Assembly: GCA_965217115.1 (NCBI GenBank) | Contig: OZ244239.1 | Location: 1,568,001 to 1,632,000 of the forward strand | Source of the DNA: Bdellovibrionales bacterium | GTDB lineage: Bacteria > Bdellovibrionota > Bdellovibrionia > Bdellovibrionales > CAYMLA01 | Direction of reading: 5' to 3' | Length of the DNA: 64,000 nucleotides | In this document: positions 9,123 through 18,615 of the stretch, in pieces | Numbering within the stretch: the stretch's first letter is position 1 | How the letters are laid out: each line of letters opens with the position of its first letter | The notes under the pieces: model-generated | Database searches by the model: none | Seen by the model: only the letters and a program-made list of their open reading frames with translations | What the model was told of the DNA's origin: nothing | Program-made: the position numbers and the translations under genes

Positions 9123-9320
9123 AAATTCCTCCTTAATTTTTATTATTCACTTGAGTAATAATTTTATCGTGAGATTTTCTCACAATTTTATTGCGTTCTA
9201 TTTAAAATACATAGTCTAAAATAGCATACTCTATCATAAAGGGTTATAATTTTTTGCTAGGAGGGTAATTTTTTCATCCCCCCCCCTCCACCCGAATTGA
9301 CCTAAAGCCGAATATACTGC

Positions 9321-10841
9321 TTATAGAAGGATTTTTTTGTCAAAACTGATATTATCTATAAATGTTTGGTCATGGGAGACAACAATTAAGGCTCCTTCAA
9401 AACTATTGAGGACTCTTTCTAAAAACTCAATAGTTTCAATATCAAGGTTATTTGTTATCTCGTCAAAAAGAATAAACTGGCATACTGGTTCTTGAAATAA
9501 AATTTTTGCAAGACTTAATCTCACCTTTTCTCCTTCACTTAGATTAGAGATGGTTTTGTAGATATCATTTTTTTTAAATAAAAATCCAGCCAGAATATTC
9601 CTTAATTCAGATTGACTCAAAGACGAAGTTTGCTGCATGTTTTCCAAGACTGTTTTTTTGTAACTTAGATGAGAAAAGTCTTGATCTACCCAGCCCTGTG
9701 TGGCCGAGCCCATAGATATCTCTCCTAGTGTTGTTGCATTTAAGATAGGTTTCCCAGCAATAACTCTTAAAAGAGTAGACTTACCAGCCCCATTATTTCC
9801 ACAAAGAACAATTTTTTGTCTTCCGAAAAAACTGAGGTTCAAGTTTTCTTTCCAAAGAAGGCTTTGCTTTTCATCAAATTGAATATTTAAGTTTTCTATT
9901 TGAAATAACTTCTTCGAATTAGGTAGCTTAACCTCTGGCAGAGGAAAACCAATTGATCTAACTTCTTTGACAGTATTTTGAAGTTTGACATACCTCTCAA
10001 TCTTTTCTTTAATACCTCTTTCAGTGGAAGAGCTTATTTTTTTCGCTGTAGTTTCAGCTATTTCTTTCTTTCCTTTAATTTCTACTTTACTAGCCCCTTT
10101 TCTTTTTGCTCTAGCATTTCCGCTAGCTCTCTTTCTTTCTAAAGATTCCTTTGTTTTCTTTGACTCAGACAACACCTTTTTTTTATCTTGTTTTGCTTGC
10201 TTAACTTGTTGAGTTAAGCGGCAGATCTCTTTTGATCGCTCTTGATAATAGAAGTCCCAAGATCCCCCATATATTTGAATTCCAGTTGATGAGAGTTCGA
10301 TAATATTTTGAACTTCTTGGAGGATTTTTCTGTCATGTGAAACAATTAGGCAACCTGCATCCATGTTCTTTATGATATTGGCTAATATTTTTTGTGATCG
10401 TTGGTCTAAATGATTTGTTGGTTCATCTAAAATTACAAATTGAGTGGATGATAAAAAACTATCTATTAATCTTAGACGTGCCCATTCACCTCCACTGAGC
10501 TGAGTACAACAGTGTTCAAGGTCAATTCCATCCAAGAGGTTCTGGTACTCAGGCCTTTCGTAGAAGACTTTATTGTCCCAAAATCTAGAAGCATAATTAT
10601 ACACTGGAACCTTAGGTGGAGACTGACTTTGTTCAAAGAGAGAGTATTGATTTTTTCTTTGTATAACCCCTTCAGTCGGAACTAAATTTCCATGTATAAG
10701 GTTGATAAGAGTTGTCTTGCCAAGACCATTAGCTCCGACAAGGCCATATTTCTCATTTGAATTGATTTTAAAGTGGAGATTTGAAAAAATGGAATCTCCA
10801 TTAGGCCATGAAAAGGCCACGCCATTAAACACAATAGACAT
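9321..10841 (-). CDS. ABC-F family ribosome-associated ATPase
   Basis: Two NBDs (GANGLGKT/LSGGE/LDEPTNHLD and GNNGAGKS/LSEGE/FDEITNNLD), long basic linker, no TM segments. Confidence 0.9.
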   Translation of the reverse strand: MSIVFNGVAFSWPNGDSIFSNLHFKINSNEKYGLVGANGLGKTTLINLIHGNLVPTEGVIQRKNQYSLFEQSQSPPKVPVYNYASRFWDNKVFYERPEYQNLLDGIDLEHCCTQLSGGEWARLRLIDSFLSSTQFVILDEPTNHLDQRSQKILANIIKNMDAGCLIVSHDRKILQEVQNIIELSSTGIQIYGGSWDFYYQERSKEICRLTQQVKQAKQDKKKVLSESKKTKESLERKRASGNARAKRKGASKVEIKGKKEIAETTAKKISSSTERGIKEKIERYVKLQNTVKEVRSIGFPLPEVKLPNSKKLFQIENLNIQFDEKQSLLWKENLNLSFFGRQKIVLCGNNGAGKSTLLRVIAGKPILNATTLGEISMGSATQGWVDQDFSHLSYKKTVLENMQQTSSLSQSELRNILAGFLFKKNDIYKTISNLSEGEKVRLSLAKILFQEPVCQFILFDEITNNLDIETIEFLERVLNSFEGALIVVSHDQTFIDNISFDKKILL

Positions 10842-10962
10842 AACTACCTCGAATGTCGAAGAAAAAAAGAAATTCTAAAATAGGGTGAGGTAATTATAGT
10901 TTTGTCATAGAACCCAGCTTCCGCTGGATTTCCAGTATAACATAGTTGATATTTTAAAACAA
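10839..10962 (-). promoter_or_regulatory. Sigma70 promoter and leader with uORF MTKL and anti-SD stem
   Basis: TTGTTT-17-TATACT (10962-10934, extended TG); uORF 10908-10894; TATAATTACCTC (10898-10887) pairs with GAGGTAGTTATG (10850-10839). Confidence 0.65.
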
Positions 10963-11144
10963 ACCTGATCTGCCTGACTAAACTTGGGGGAAGTTCACTT
11001 TAAAAACTTAGACATCTCTATTAAAACTTGCTTTTCTTTCTCAGAAGACTCCATAATAATGTGGGTTTTATAGAAAGAAAAACCGGTTTTACTCGTTGAA
11101 TCATGTATTTTATTTAGGCATTTGAGCTTATTTTGGGAGGCAGA

Positions 11145-12341
11145 ATGGTTTATTTTTTTTTATATATGGCTTTGATATTTGGTGGCACTACTCGTGCGGA
11201 TGAACAGCAGCCTCTTGAAGCAAAGCCAAAAATCCTTAGAACTGGTTACACGTCGGGTACATATAACAAGTTATCTTGGGGCGATGATCAACGTCTTGAG
11301 ATTGTCATTGGTGGTAATAAAAAATCATTTTGGTGTTGGCAGGGCTGTGAGAAGTTATCAAATTTAAAAGGTAAGCCTAAGATTGTTGTGTTTTGGCGAG
11401 AAGTGGAATCTTTTATTCCTGAAGCTGGTGAGAAAGTCAAGAGAACCGAGACAACACAAGTTTTCCTTGCTAAAGAAGTAAAAGCTTGTTCGATGTATAA
11501 GAAATTACCTCATTTATCCAAAGGGTGTGAGGGAGAGGCTTGCGGGTTTTTACAATATAAGAAGGCTGTTAAAAGTGTAAGTGTTTATGCTGAACCTGAT
11601 ACAGAGTCAAAAAAAATCGGAACTCTAAATAGATGTCAAAAGATTGATTCTTTTGAAACATACTCGAAGTTAAATGAGTATGGATTTGCTGAAGTGATTA
11701 AACCAAATGAACAACTCAAAAAAATAGGCGTTAAAAAAGGTGATTTAATTACAGTCGTTCGTTATCTAGGAGAGGGTTACCTAGCTGCTTGTGTAGGGAA
11801 AATAAAAATAGATGCAGTTGATTCAAAAAACGATCCTTATGGAAAACAAGCTTCAGTAAAAGTTCTTCAATATAATAAATCGGACGTTTGGGTAAAACTA
11901 AAGCTACAGTCTGGTGTATCTGGATATGTTCCTGATAAAAGTAACTTTTATATGGGATATGCTACTTATTATCCAGAGTATTTTTGTCCAGAAGATCATC
12001 CTTGTGGAAAAGATTTTTTAGAAAAATTAAAATTGATTGAATCAAAGCTAACTGAGTCATTTAATAAATATTGCAGAATAAGAAAAGGTTGTCATAGTTC
12101 TGACCCAAGTATTGAGTGTCAACTTTCTAAAGATGTTTGGAAAGATATTTCACCGCTTATTCCCAAAAATATTCAATGTGCAAACTTTGGCGTTTCTAAA
12201 ACGGCATGTGATAAGGAATGGGGAGGAAGTTTTACTTGTACTTGCCCAAATAAAAAGCAGAGAGGCTATTATTATAGTTACTCATGTAAAAAGGGTAATG
12301 GCGAAGGAGATTGCAGAATGGATTCGCCTTTTAAATTATAA
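11145..12341 (+). CDS. Secreted Cys-rich multidomain protein with SH3-like segment
   Basis: GGAGG before ATG 11145; VYAEPDTESKKIGTL and WVKLKLQSGVSGYV resemble bacterial SH3; many Cys. Confidence 0.7.
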   Translation: MVYFFLYMALIFGGTTRADEQQPLEAKPKILRTGYTSGTYNKLSWGDDQRLEIVIGGNKKSFWCWQGCEKLSNLKGKPKIVVFWREVESFIPEAGEKVKRTETTQVFLAKEVKACSMYKKLPHLSKGCEGEACGFLQYKKAVKSVSVYAEPDTESKKIGTLNRCQKIDSFETYSKLNEYGFAEVIKPNEQLKKIGVKKGDLITVVRYLGEGYLAACVGKIKIDAVDSKNDPYGKQASVKVLQYNKSDVWVKLKLQSGVSGYVPDKSNFYMGYATYYPEYFCPEDHPCGKDFLEKLKLIESKLTESFNKYCRIRKGCHSSDPSIECQLSKDVWKDISPLIPKNIQCANFGVSKTACDKEWGGSFTCTCPNKKQRGYYYSYSCKKGNGEGDCRMDSPFKL

Positions 12342-12420
12342 AATTAATGATTTATTTATTCAATTCGTTTACCATTGGGCAAAATAAAAACAGCTATTTT
12401 TAGATTAAAGGAAGGAATGT

Positions 12421-12606
12421 TTACAAGGCTTTACTGTGAGAGCCACCAGGGGGGGGCGACGGAATTACGCCATATACCCAGTTGTGGAGCGTTGAGCGGT
12501 TAATCCCTAGCTTTCGTGCTACAAAGGTGAATGTTTGATTACTTTCAGCCAGAAGAGCTTTTAGGTCAGCAGGAACGCTGTCTGCAAAGACAAGAACTCT
12601 TTGCAA
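12421..12606 (-). pseudogene. Helix-turn-helix gene fragment
   Basis: FTFVARKLGINRSTLHNWV; TTG start, no clear RBS, aberrant C-terminus. Confidence 0.4.
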
Positions 12607-12807
12607 AAGATCAAAGGAACAAGGAAAGAGCGGTAAGGCATTAAAATTATTGGGTTTTATCTTTTTTAAAGAAGTGACATAATCACGTTATTTTTTGATA
12701 TTTTGACCTCTTTCAATCCATTAAACCATTAGTAAAAAAACCGATTTTGTGATAGCTATGTGCCAGGTGAAAATTTAATTAACTTGTTCTTATAAAAGAG
12801 GTGTCCA

Positions 12808-13110
12808 ATGAAAAAGAATCTATTACTTCCTTTCTTCATAATCATGCTAATTTCATCTAGCTCTTGGGCTAGTAAGATTTCTCTTAAAGTTACAGACCTA
12901 AAAACAGGTAAAGTAAAAGCTAAAATCACTATGCCAATGTGGGTGGCCAAGATGGGAGGTCATCTAAATAGTACTTTCAGTAGCAAGGAAAGTAATATTG
13001 ATGTGCTCTCTATAATAAAAGAAATTGAGAAAAAAGGATTAAAAAAAGGTCCATTCTTAGAGATTGAAGATCATGCCCAATCTGAAAAAGTTTCGTTCTT
13101 TATCGAATAG
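12808..13110 (+). CDS. Small secreted hypothetical protein
   Basis: GAGGTG RBS; signal peptide ending SWA. Confidence 0.7.
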   Translation: MKKNLLLPFFIIMLISSSSWASKISLKVTDLKTGKVKAKITMPMWVAKMGGHLNSTFSSKESNIDVLSIIKEIEKKGLKKGPFLEIEDHAQSEKVSFFIE

Positions 13111-13149
13111 ACTAGGCTAGGCTAGGCTCTAAAAGCGAGCTTGTTCATT

Positions 13150-13255
13150 TAAACTAGGAGATTGCGACGAGGTCACTGTAAAGTGACCTTCTTCTTTGAG
13201 TTCGGAAAACATCGCTTTTAAAATCAACTTCTGAAAATCGAAAAAAAATCACATG
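13150..13255 (+). repeat. Repeat family A, internal fragment
   Basis: aaactaggagattgcgacgaggtcactgtaaagtgaccttcttctttgagttcggaaaacatcgcttttaaaatc. Confidence 0.7.
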
Positions 13256-13263
13256 ACAAGAAG

Positions 13264-13573
13264 TTAGCCCGAGCAGGTCAAGCTGATGGGATGGGGACTT
13301 TCAACGCCGAAACTGGCATAAGTTGAGGCGTGAGAATTAAGAGTCGTGTGCAGATGAGTGTTATTTTCCAGGCTTTTTGCTTTTATATTATCTTTATATG
13401 AGAATTCAATTTTACCATGATCATTCCCAGACCCATTCACTACACGAATTGTTAACCAATGACTTTCATTCAACTGGGATTTGTGACACGAGGAAATAAT
13501 ATTAATCTCATTAGCGTATGATAGAAGAGAAAAACTGTTTAAAGCCAAAAAAAGTTATCAAAAAAAATCTCAT
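13264..13573 (-). pseudogene. Secreted protein gene frameshifted in a poly-T tract
   Basis: GAGAGG RBS and ATG 13573 (MRFFLITF) are one base out of frame with LALNSFSLLSYANE; A8 (13560-67) and A7 (13547-53) runs lie between. Confidence 0.65.
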
Positions 13574-13946
13574 ATTTGACCTCTCAAAGTTATAATTAAT
13601 AAAGTTTCCACAAGTAAATTACTTCAAAAAGTTTACCAACTTCATATCGTAATCAAAGGTATTTTAGAGAGTGACCTCTGACTAAAAGACAGACAGTGAT
13701 ATTTAAAGTCACTTATGACCGTGACATCTCCATGGAAGCCATCTGTTGGGATGAGAGTTTGTCGTGTATGTGCATTTGAGTAATTTTAGCAGGTATTCGG
13801 TGTGACCTGATTTTGAATCCGGAGTGAATGGGCTGCTAGGTCTTTTGCCCAGATATTTTATCTGATCTAGTCTAAATACTGTATTCAGTAACTAATCTTA
13901 ACAGCTATTGATATTTGTTAAAAAAACAGTGAACATATTAACCAAT

Positions 13947-16826
13947 ATGAAAAAACAAAAAAACATCCTAATAGCCCTTTTTAGCGTAATTGCAATCAGC
14001 TCTGTTTGTTACTTATTTTCTAATCAGGAAGAGACTAAAAAAAGGAAGCCTGCCAACGTAATTTCTGGAGTGGAGAGCGTAACTAATCTATTTGGACTCT
14101 CTATTGAAGGTTTATTTGAGAATATCTATAGCGTAGGAAAAAATATAGGGTCGGTGCCTTATGAGGCGATTAAACAAGTCATTATTGATCATAAGCTTGT
14201 TGCTTTTATAAAAGAAAGAAAATTAGACACTGAGGTGGAAGCTAGGATTTTAAAAAGATTAGATGATGAAAAATATGTTGCTCGTCTCGTCTCTTTCTTG
14301 TTAAATATAAAGCAGAATTACGTAGATAAAGACAAAGAAGAGCTTGTTAGCTTTAAAGGCTTTGTTAAAAAACAAGACTCTAGCTTTTTATCCAAAGGCT
14401 CAACTCACAGTTTATTTACAATTGAAGATCATGTTCCTAATCAAAAAAAAGAACAAAGTAGTACAAAGGCCCTCCCTTATGATGATTTGATTATTGCAGG
14501 AATAAAACTTTATGACGTATTGTTTATACAAAATGAATCTATAATAAAGAGCCAAGAGGATAATGGCTTTTCATATAAACGTCTTACGGAAAAAGACCAA
14601 GACATAGTTGATCAAGCAAAACCCATCATACGAAAGTTACTTCAAAGTATAGTTGAAGGAGCGGAAGAAGGAGATATAAAAAACACTCTTTCGATGATTC
14701 TGTCGACTGATTACAAACTAGAGGCTGCGACGGTCAGTCTTATAGATTTTGCAAGAGGGCTGGTTAATAAGTATTATTATGCTTTTATTAGTCAGTTTCA
14801 AAGAAAAGAGGAATTAGCTAGGTGGATGCTTTTATCTTACGATGAAAAACCAAAAGACTTAATGGCTTATCTAGAGCTTTCCCTGCAAAGAAAATATGCT
14901 GTACATATTGTGGTGGATGGCTTGCAAGGGCATTTATTAAAAAACTTAAGTAAGAATCATGAAGGTTCTAAATTTATAAAGCAAGTTTATGCAGATCATT
15001 TAAATGCCAAAGACTTCAAACCAAAGAATACCCCCACTATTTCACCTAAGCATATAACGTCATTAGAGTTTTTAAAAGAAATTCAAAATTCACCCTTTGA
15101 GAATAAAGAATATTTATCTTTTTTTAAAACATTATACGAAGAATACCCAAATAGCATAGCGCAACAAGGGGTGTCGAGTACCCCTACGATTAGCGTTCGT
15201 AATTTGCCCTTAATTGAAACAGGGGCTGGAGTGGCGGGAGAAGGCTCCACTGGGGTTCCTAATTTTCATTTTTATGATAGGAAAAAGCAGAGAGCTTTTT
15301 ATTTTTTTGGAAACGATGCTTTATTGTTAAGTGATTTAACTAAAGAATCTGGAATGAAGAATATGTTCAGTAGGCTTCCTAGAAAGGGGACTTTTAATTG
15401 TAATGCAATATATGACGATCTAGCCAAGCAAACTTATGATGGTCTTATTAATTTAGCTGTTGGCGAGAAAGTAAGAGATTTTGGTGAAAAATTATGTTTT
15501 AAAAATTTAAAAGCCAGAGCTAAAGTTGAAAAACAGCTAAGAGTTTTAAAAGAGAAGCTCTTAAAAAATCTAGGAAATGGCGGTATTATGAACAGCCTGG
15601 TGGGGTGGCTTCCTGTCATAGGTTCTGGAAAAAGGAATAGGCAGCTGATAGCAAGCATTGCAGAACTTGAGGATCAGGGCATGCCGCAATACTTGTTATA
15701 CTACAACCCATGGCCTGATCACTTTGCTCACTTTAAAGGTCCATTTAGTGATGAGATTATCTCCTCTACAGGGGAGCTTCCTAGATTAGATTACTGGCTC
15801 TCTCAACTTAATAGTATTTATGAAGAGTCTGGCGTTCTAAATAGAACACTCTTTGCCATGGCTGGAGATCATGGGTTGGCCCCTATATTCTTCGCTTTAA
15901 ATCCTGAGAGGCTTTTTGATAAACTGAATAAGAAGAATAGTAGAGCTATTATTGTAAAAAAGATATCCTCTGATGAAGGAGAGGGTGCAAAAATTAATCA
16001 CTCTTATAAAACTAAAAATATACACCCTGTAGATGTAATTGTTGCATCCACAGCTGGTGGTAATTATATGATGGATTTCTTTGCGGGGTTATCAAAAAAA
16101 GAGCGGGAAAGACAGGTCTATTACTCTGATTTAATTAATTGGAAGCCCCTAGACAATAGGGGTGAAATAAACATCATTTCATTTTTGGCTAAAGAATTGC
16201 GAGAAACTTTGGATTACTTAGTTGTGAGGGAGGCTAGGAGTAATTTAAAAGAAAGTCACACTCGCGTCATCGCTTATAGAAATAATCAGATGCACAATGA
16301 GTTAATAATAAGAAAAGGGAATAGAATTTATTACGAAATGAGTGATGGTGATTTACTAGATATCTATAGTGATCTTCTTTATAGAGAAGAATTAACTCAA
16401 GAAGAAGCAACACTGAAGGAGTCGAAGATAAAAGAGTGTTTGCTTCAGGCTAAAAAAGAAGACATTCACTCATGGTGTTCAGAAAAAGACTGGAGAGCAT
16501 TGACTTCTTTAACAGCTAGGCCAGATTCTGTAGTTCAATTAAGCCATTTATACGATTTAAAAAGAGCTGGTAGTGTTAATTTATTCCCCAAAGCAGGCAT
16601 TGGATATAATACAAAAGTACCGGGGAGACATGCCGGGGAATCCTTTCATGAGAAAGATGCATTTGTTGGCTTTTGGGGGGTTCCTGTGAAAGACTCTAAA
16701 GTGGTTGGTACTGTAGACAATGGCATCTTGGCTCCCACGATATATGAGTATTTAACCGGCAAAAAAGCTCTTAAGGGCAAGGATGGCTGGGGTTACCCCT
16801 CTATTTTAGAAACATTAACTCCTTAA
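13947..16826 (+). CDS. Alkaline phosphatase-superfamily / nucleotide pyrophosphatase-like protein, membrane-anchored
   Basis: VVDGLQG, TPTIS, PDHFAH, AGDHG, GRHAG metal-ligand motifs; N-terminal TM segment. Confidence 0.75.
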   Translation: MKKQKNILIALFSVIAISSVCYLFSNQEETKKRKPANVISGVESVTNLFGLSIEGLFENIYSVGKNIGSVPYEAIKQVIIDHKLVAFIKERKLDTEVEARILKRLDDEKYVARLVSFLLNIKQNYVDKDKEELVSFKGFVKKQDSSFLSKGSTHSLFTIEDHVPNQKKEQSSTKALPYDDLIIAGIKLYDVLFIQNESIIKSQEDNGFSYKRLTEKDQDIVDQAKPIIRKLLQSIVEGAEEGDIKNTLSMILSTDYKLEAATVSLIDFARGLVNKYYYAFISQFQRKEELARWMLLSYDEKPKDLMAYLELSLQRKYAVHIVVDGLQGHLLKNLSKNHEGSKFIKQVYADHLNAKDFKPKNTPTISPKHITSLEFLKEIQNSPFENKEYLSFFKTLYEEYPNSIAQQGVSSTPTISVRNLPLIETGAGVAGEGSTGVPNFHFYDRKKQRAFYFFGNDALLLSDLTKESGMKNMFSRLPRKGTFNCNAIYDDLAKQTYDGLINLAVGEKVRDFGEKLCFKNLKARAKVEKQLRVLKEKLLKNLGNGGIMNSLVGWLPVIGSGKRNRQLIASIAELEDQGMPQYLLYYNPWPDHFAHFKGPFSDEIISSTGELPRLDYWLSQLNSIYEESGVLNRTLFAMAGDHGLAPIFFALNPERLFDKLNKKNSRAIIVKKISSDEGEGAKINHSYKTKNIHPVDVIVASTAGGNYMMDFFAGLSKKERERQVYYSDLINWKPLDNRGEINIISFLAKELRETLDYLVVREARSNLKESHTRVIAYRNNQMHNELIIRKGNRIYYEMSDGDLLDIYSDLLYREELTQEEATLKESKIKECLLQAKKEDIHSWCSEKDWRALTSLTARPDSVVQLSHLYDLKRAGSVNLFPKAGIGYNTKVPGRHAGESFHEKDAFVGFWGVPVKDSKVVGTVDNGILAPTIYEYLTGKKALKGKDGWGYPSILETLTP

Positions 16827-17091
16827 TTATTATTATTATTTATTTCAATTAAAGAATCAGTGAAAAGAGAACGATTTCGTTATTAAGTAAAGTTTAATTG
16901 CAGAAAAGGTGATTTTATTCGCTAAATCGACCCTGCCCCATTAAGCAACAGGGCGGTGTTGAGCAGAAGGTTTTGAGTAGCCAAGAGAGGCCGAGAGTCT
17001 TCTTAGTGAAGCTCAGAATAGCAGCCACGAGTTTTTTCAAGTTTGGGCATTTGCTCTTATGACAGGAATGGGGTCGAGTTATACGTACTAA

Positions 17092-17125
17092 AAAAAAATG
17101 GCTAGTCATCGACTGGCCATTTTTT
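17092..17125. terminator. Bidirectional intrinsic terminator
   Basis: aaaaaaatggctagtc-atc-gactggccatttttt. Confidence 0.7.
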
Positions 17126-17183
17126 AATTATCAAGTTTTCATTAAATTTTCACTGTCTCTCTGAGTAGATGTTGGTCATCTAC

Positions 17184-17594
17184 CTAGTGACTGAACTCTG
17201 ATTTTAAATAGTAAGTAATAGGTTGAGGGACTTTTATCGACAAAGAATCACATCTCTGGAATTGGACAGTTATTCTTAGGCTCAAAGTCCCCTTTTCCAT
17301 ACCGCTATGCTGTCTTACATTAAGTATACAATTTAATTTACCATCAGAAACATCAATAGTTAATTCCCTCGCATCTCCATGCTGGTAAAGGCCCGCATAG
17401 TAAGGATTTATAAAAGACTCTGGAATTCCAATATCCACCTGAGATTCCTCTAAATTTAGAGAAGGATTGGAATGATTGACCTTTTCAACAACAATGTTCT
17501 TAAGAGTTGTATCACTAAGAATTACCGGCTGTATCACCCCCGCTATTGACGATGTCGCCGCTAAAAAAATTAATCCAAATAAAATATTTTTCAT
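17184..17594 (-). CDS. Secreted hypothetical protein
   Basis: GAGG RBS; MKNILFGLIFLAATSSIA signal peptide. Confidence 0.75.
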   Translation of the reverse strand: MKNILFGLIFLAATSSIAGVIQPVILSDTTLKNIVVEKVNHSNPSLNLEESQVDIGIPESFINPYYAGLYQHGDARELTIDVSDGKLNCILNVRQHSGMEKGTLSLRITVQFQRCDSLSIKVPQPITYYLKSEFSH

Positions 17595-17622
17595 AAATGA
17601 CCTCACATAAAATAGGTAGCTT

Positions 17623-17675
17623 TATTGCTACTATTGCTACTATTGCTACTATTGCTGTTGCTACTGCTATGCCAA
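17623..17675 (-). promoter_or_regulatory. Sigma54-like promoter followed by a 9-bp tandem repeat
   Basis: TTGGCATAGCAGTAGC (GG-N10-GC) at 17675-17660; (TATTGCTAC)x3.8; TGT-N10-ACA near 17714. Confidence 0.5.
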
Positions 17676-17938
17676 TCTCAAGTCGAAAATTAAAGGACTT
17701 CAGCCTTTATGGCTGTCTTTATTTTGAACAGTTTTTCTAATAAAACATGAAAAATGTAGTTAATTCAAATACTTACAGATTTAACTCCGTTGATTTCGAG
17801 AGTGACAAAAAAGGGGACTGAGTCCAGGGAGTCATACAGTCCATCCCTTTATGGAGGGGGACGTGATCTCATTAGCTCTTGTGCCTCTTCTTTGGCGGTA
17901 AGATTCCCGCTAGTGAGATACAAAGTTACTTCTCATAT

Positions 17939-18210
17939 ATGAAGGACATTAAAAAAAACTTTCTTCGCTTGAATACTATGTCACTCAGGAAAATGGAACA
18001 GAATAGCCTCTTTACGAAGCGAGTTGAAGTTCGCTCAAAATATGAAAATCCTCACCTTTGTTATATTCCCAGCTCACGTCTTCCGAGATGGCCCAATGCC
18101 GACAGAATTACGTTACTGCATTAACTCAGCATCACTTAAGACTCATTCCTCTCGCTCAGCTAGAGAGAATGGGATATGGGCGATAGAAATTCCTTTTTTA
18201 GGGTTTTTAT
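17939..18210 (+). pseudogene. msrB: Degraded methionine sulfoxide reductase B
   Basis: Pieces in different frames: [56 protein letters not shown]; central part deleted. Confidence 0.8.
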
Positions 18211-18252
18211 TAATCGACGACTCCATATAAATGTGTAAATATATGATTAATT

Positions 18253-18528
18253 ATGAAGAGATATTTATCACTAGCTGTTCTATTGTCGCTGTTTTTAATT
18301 CAGATCCATGGAGTCAACCACTCTGAATCTGATCAGAGTGATCGAGATCATCATTGTACAGTTTGTAAAACAGTATCTCATCAGCCGAGCCTTACCCCCG
18401 CAGGTATAGGTATGAATCTTACTCCCGATCTAGCTTTAGCAGTGACACATCTTGTTGCTGAGAATGATTTTACACCGAAAGCCTTTATTTTTAAAATCAT
18501 TAACCCTCGGGCGCCTCCAAGTATTTAA
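18253..18528 (+). CDS. DUF2946-like leader protein (signal/TM segment, HHCxxC, C-terminal RAPP)
   Basis: MKRYLSLAVLLSLFLIQIHGVNH...HHCTVCKTVSH...NPRAPPSI*. Confidence 0.8.
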   Translation: MKRYLSLAVLLSLFLIQIHGVNHSESDQSDRDHHCTVCKTVSHQPSLTPAGIGMNLTPDLALAVTHLVAENDFTPKAFIFKIINPRAPPSI

Positions 18529-18607
18529 CAACAATCTATTTTATTTTTGGAAGACCTCTGCATATTTGTGGAAGTCAGTTGTTTTATTTAAATAATTTTA
18601 ATTGGAG
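18515..18607 (+). promoter_or_regulatory. Predicted SD-sequestering stem-loop between the leader ORF and the porin gene
   Basis: CTCCAA (18515-20) pairs with TTGGAG (18602-07); nested tatttaa/ttaaata, aacaac/gttgtt and gacctctgca/tgtggaagtc pairings. Confidence 0.6.
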
Positions 18608-18615
18608 TTGAAACC

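Noticed and set aside
16915..17109. 64-aa ORF
   Set aside because: Starts inside a terminator hairpin; no recognisable product
17800..18250. Metal or cobalamin riboswitch upstream of the metal operon
   Set aside because: No conserved riboswitch motifs recognised; most of the interval is msrB debris
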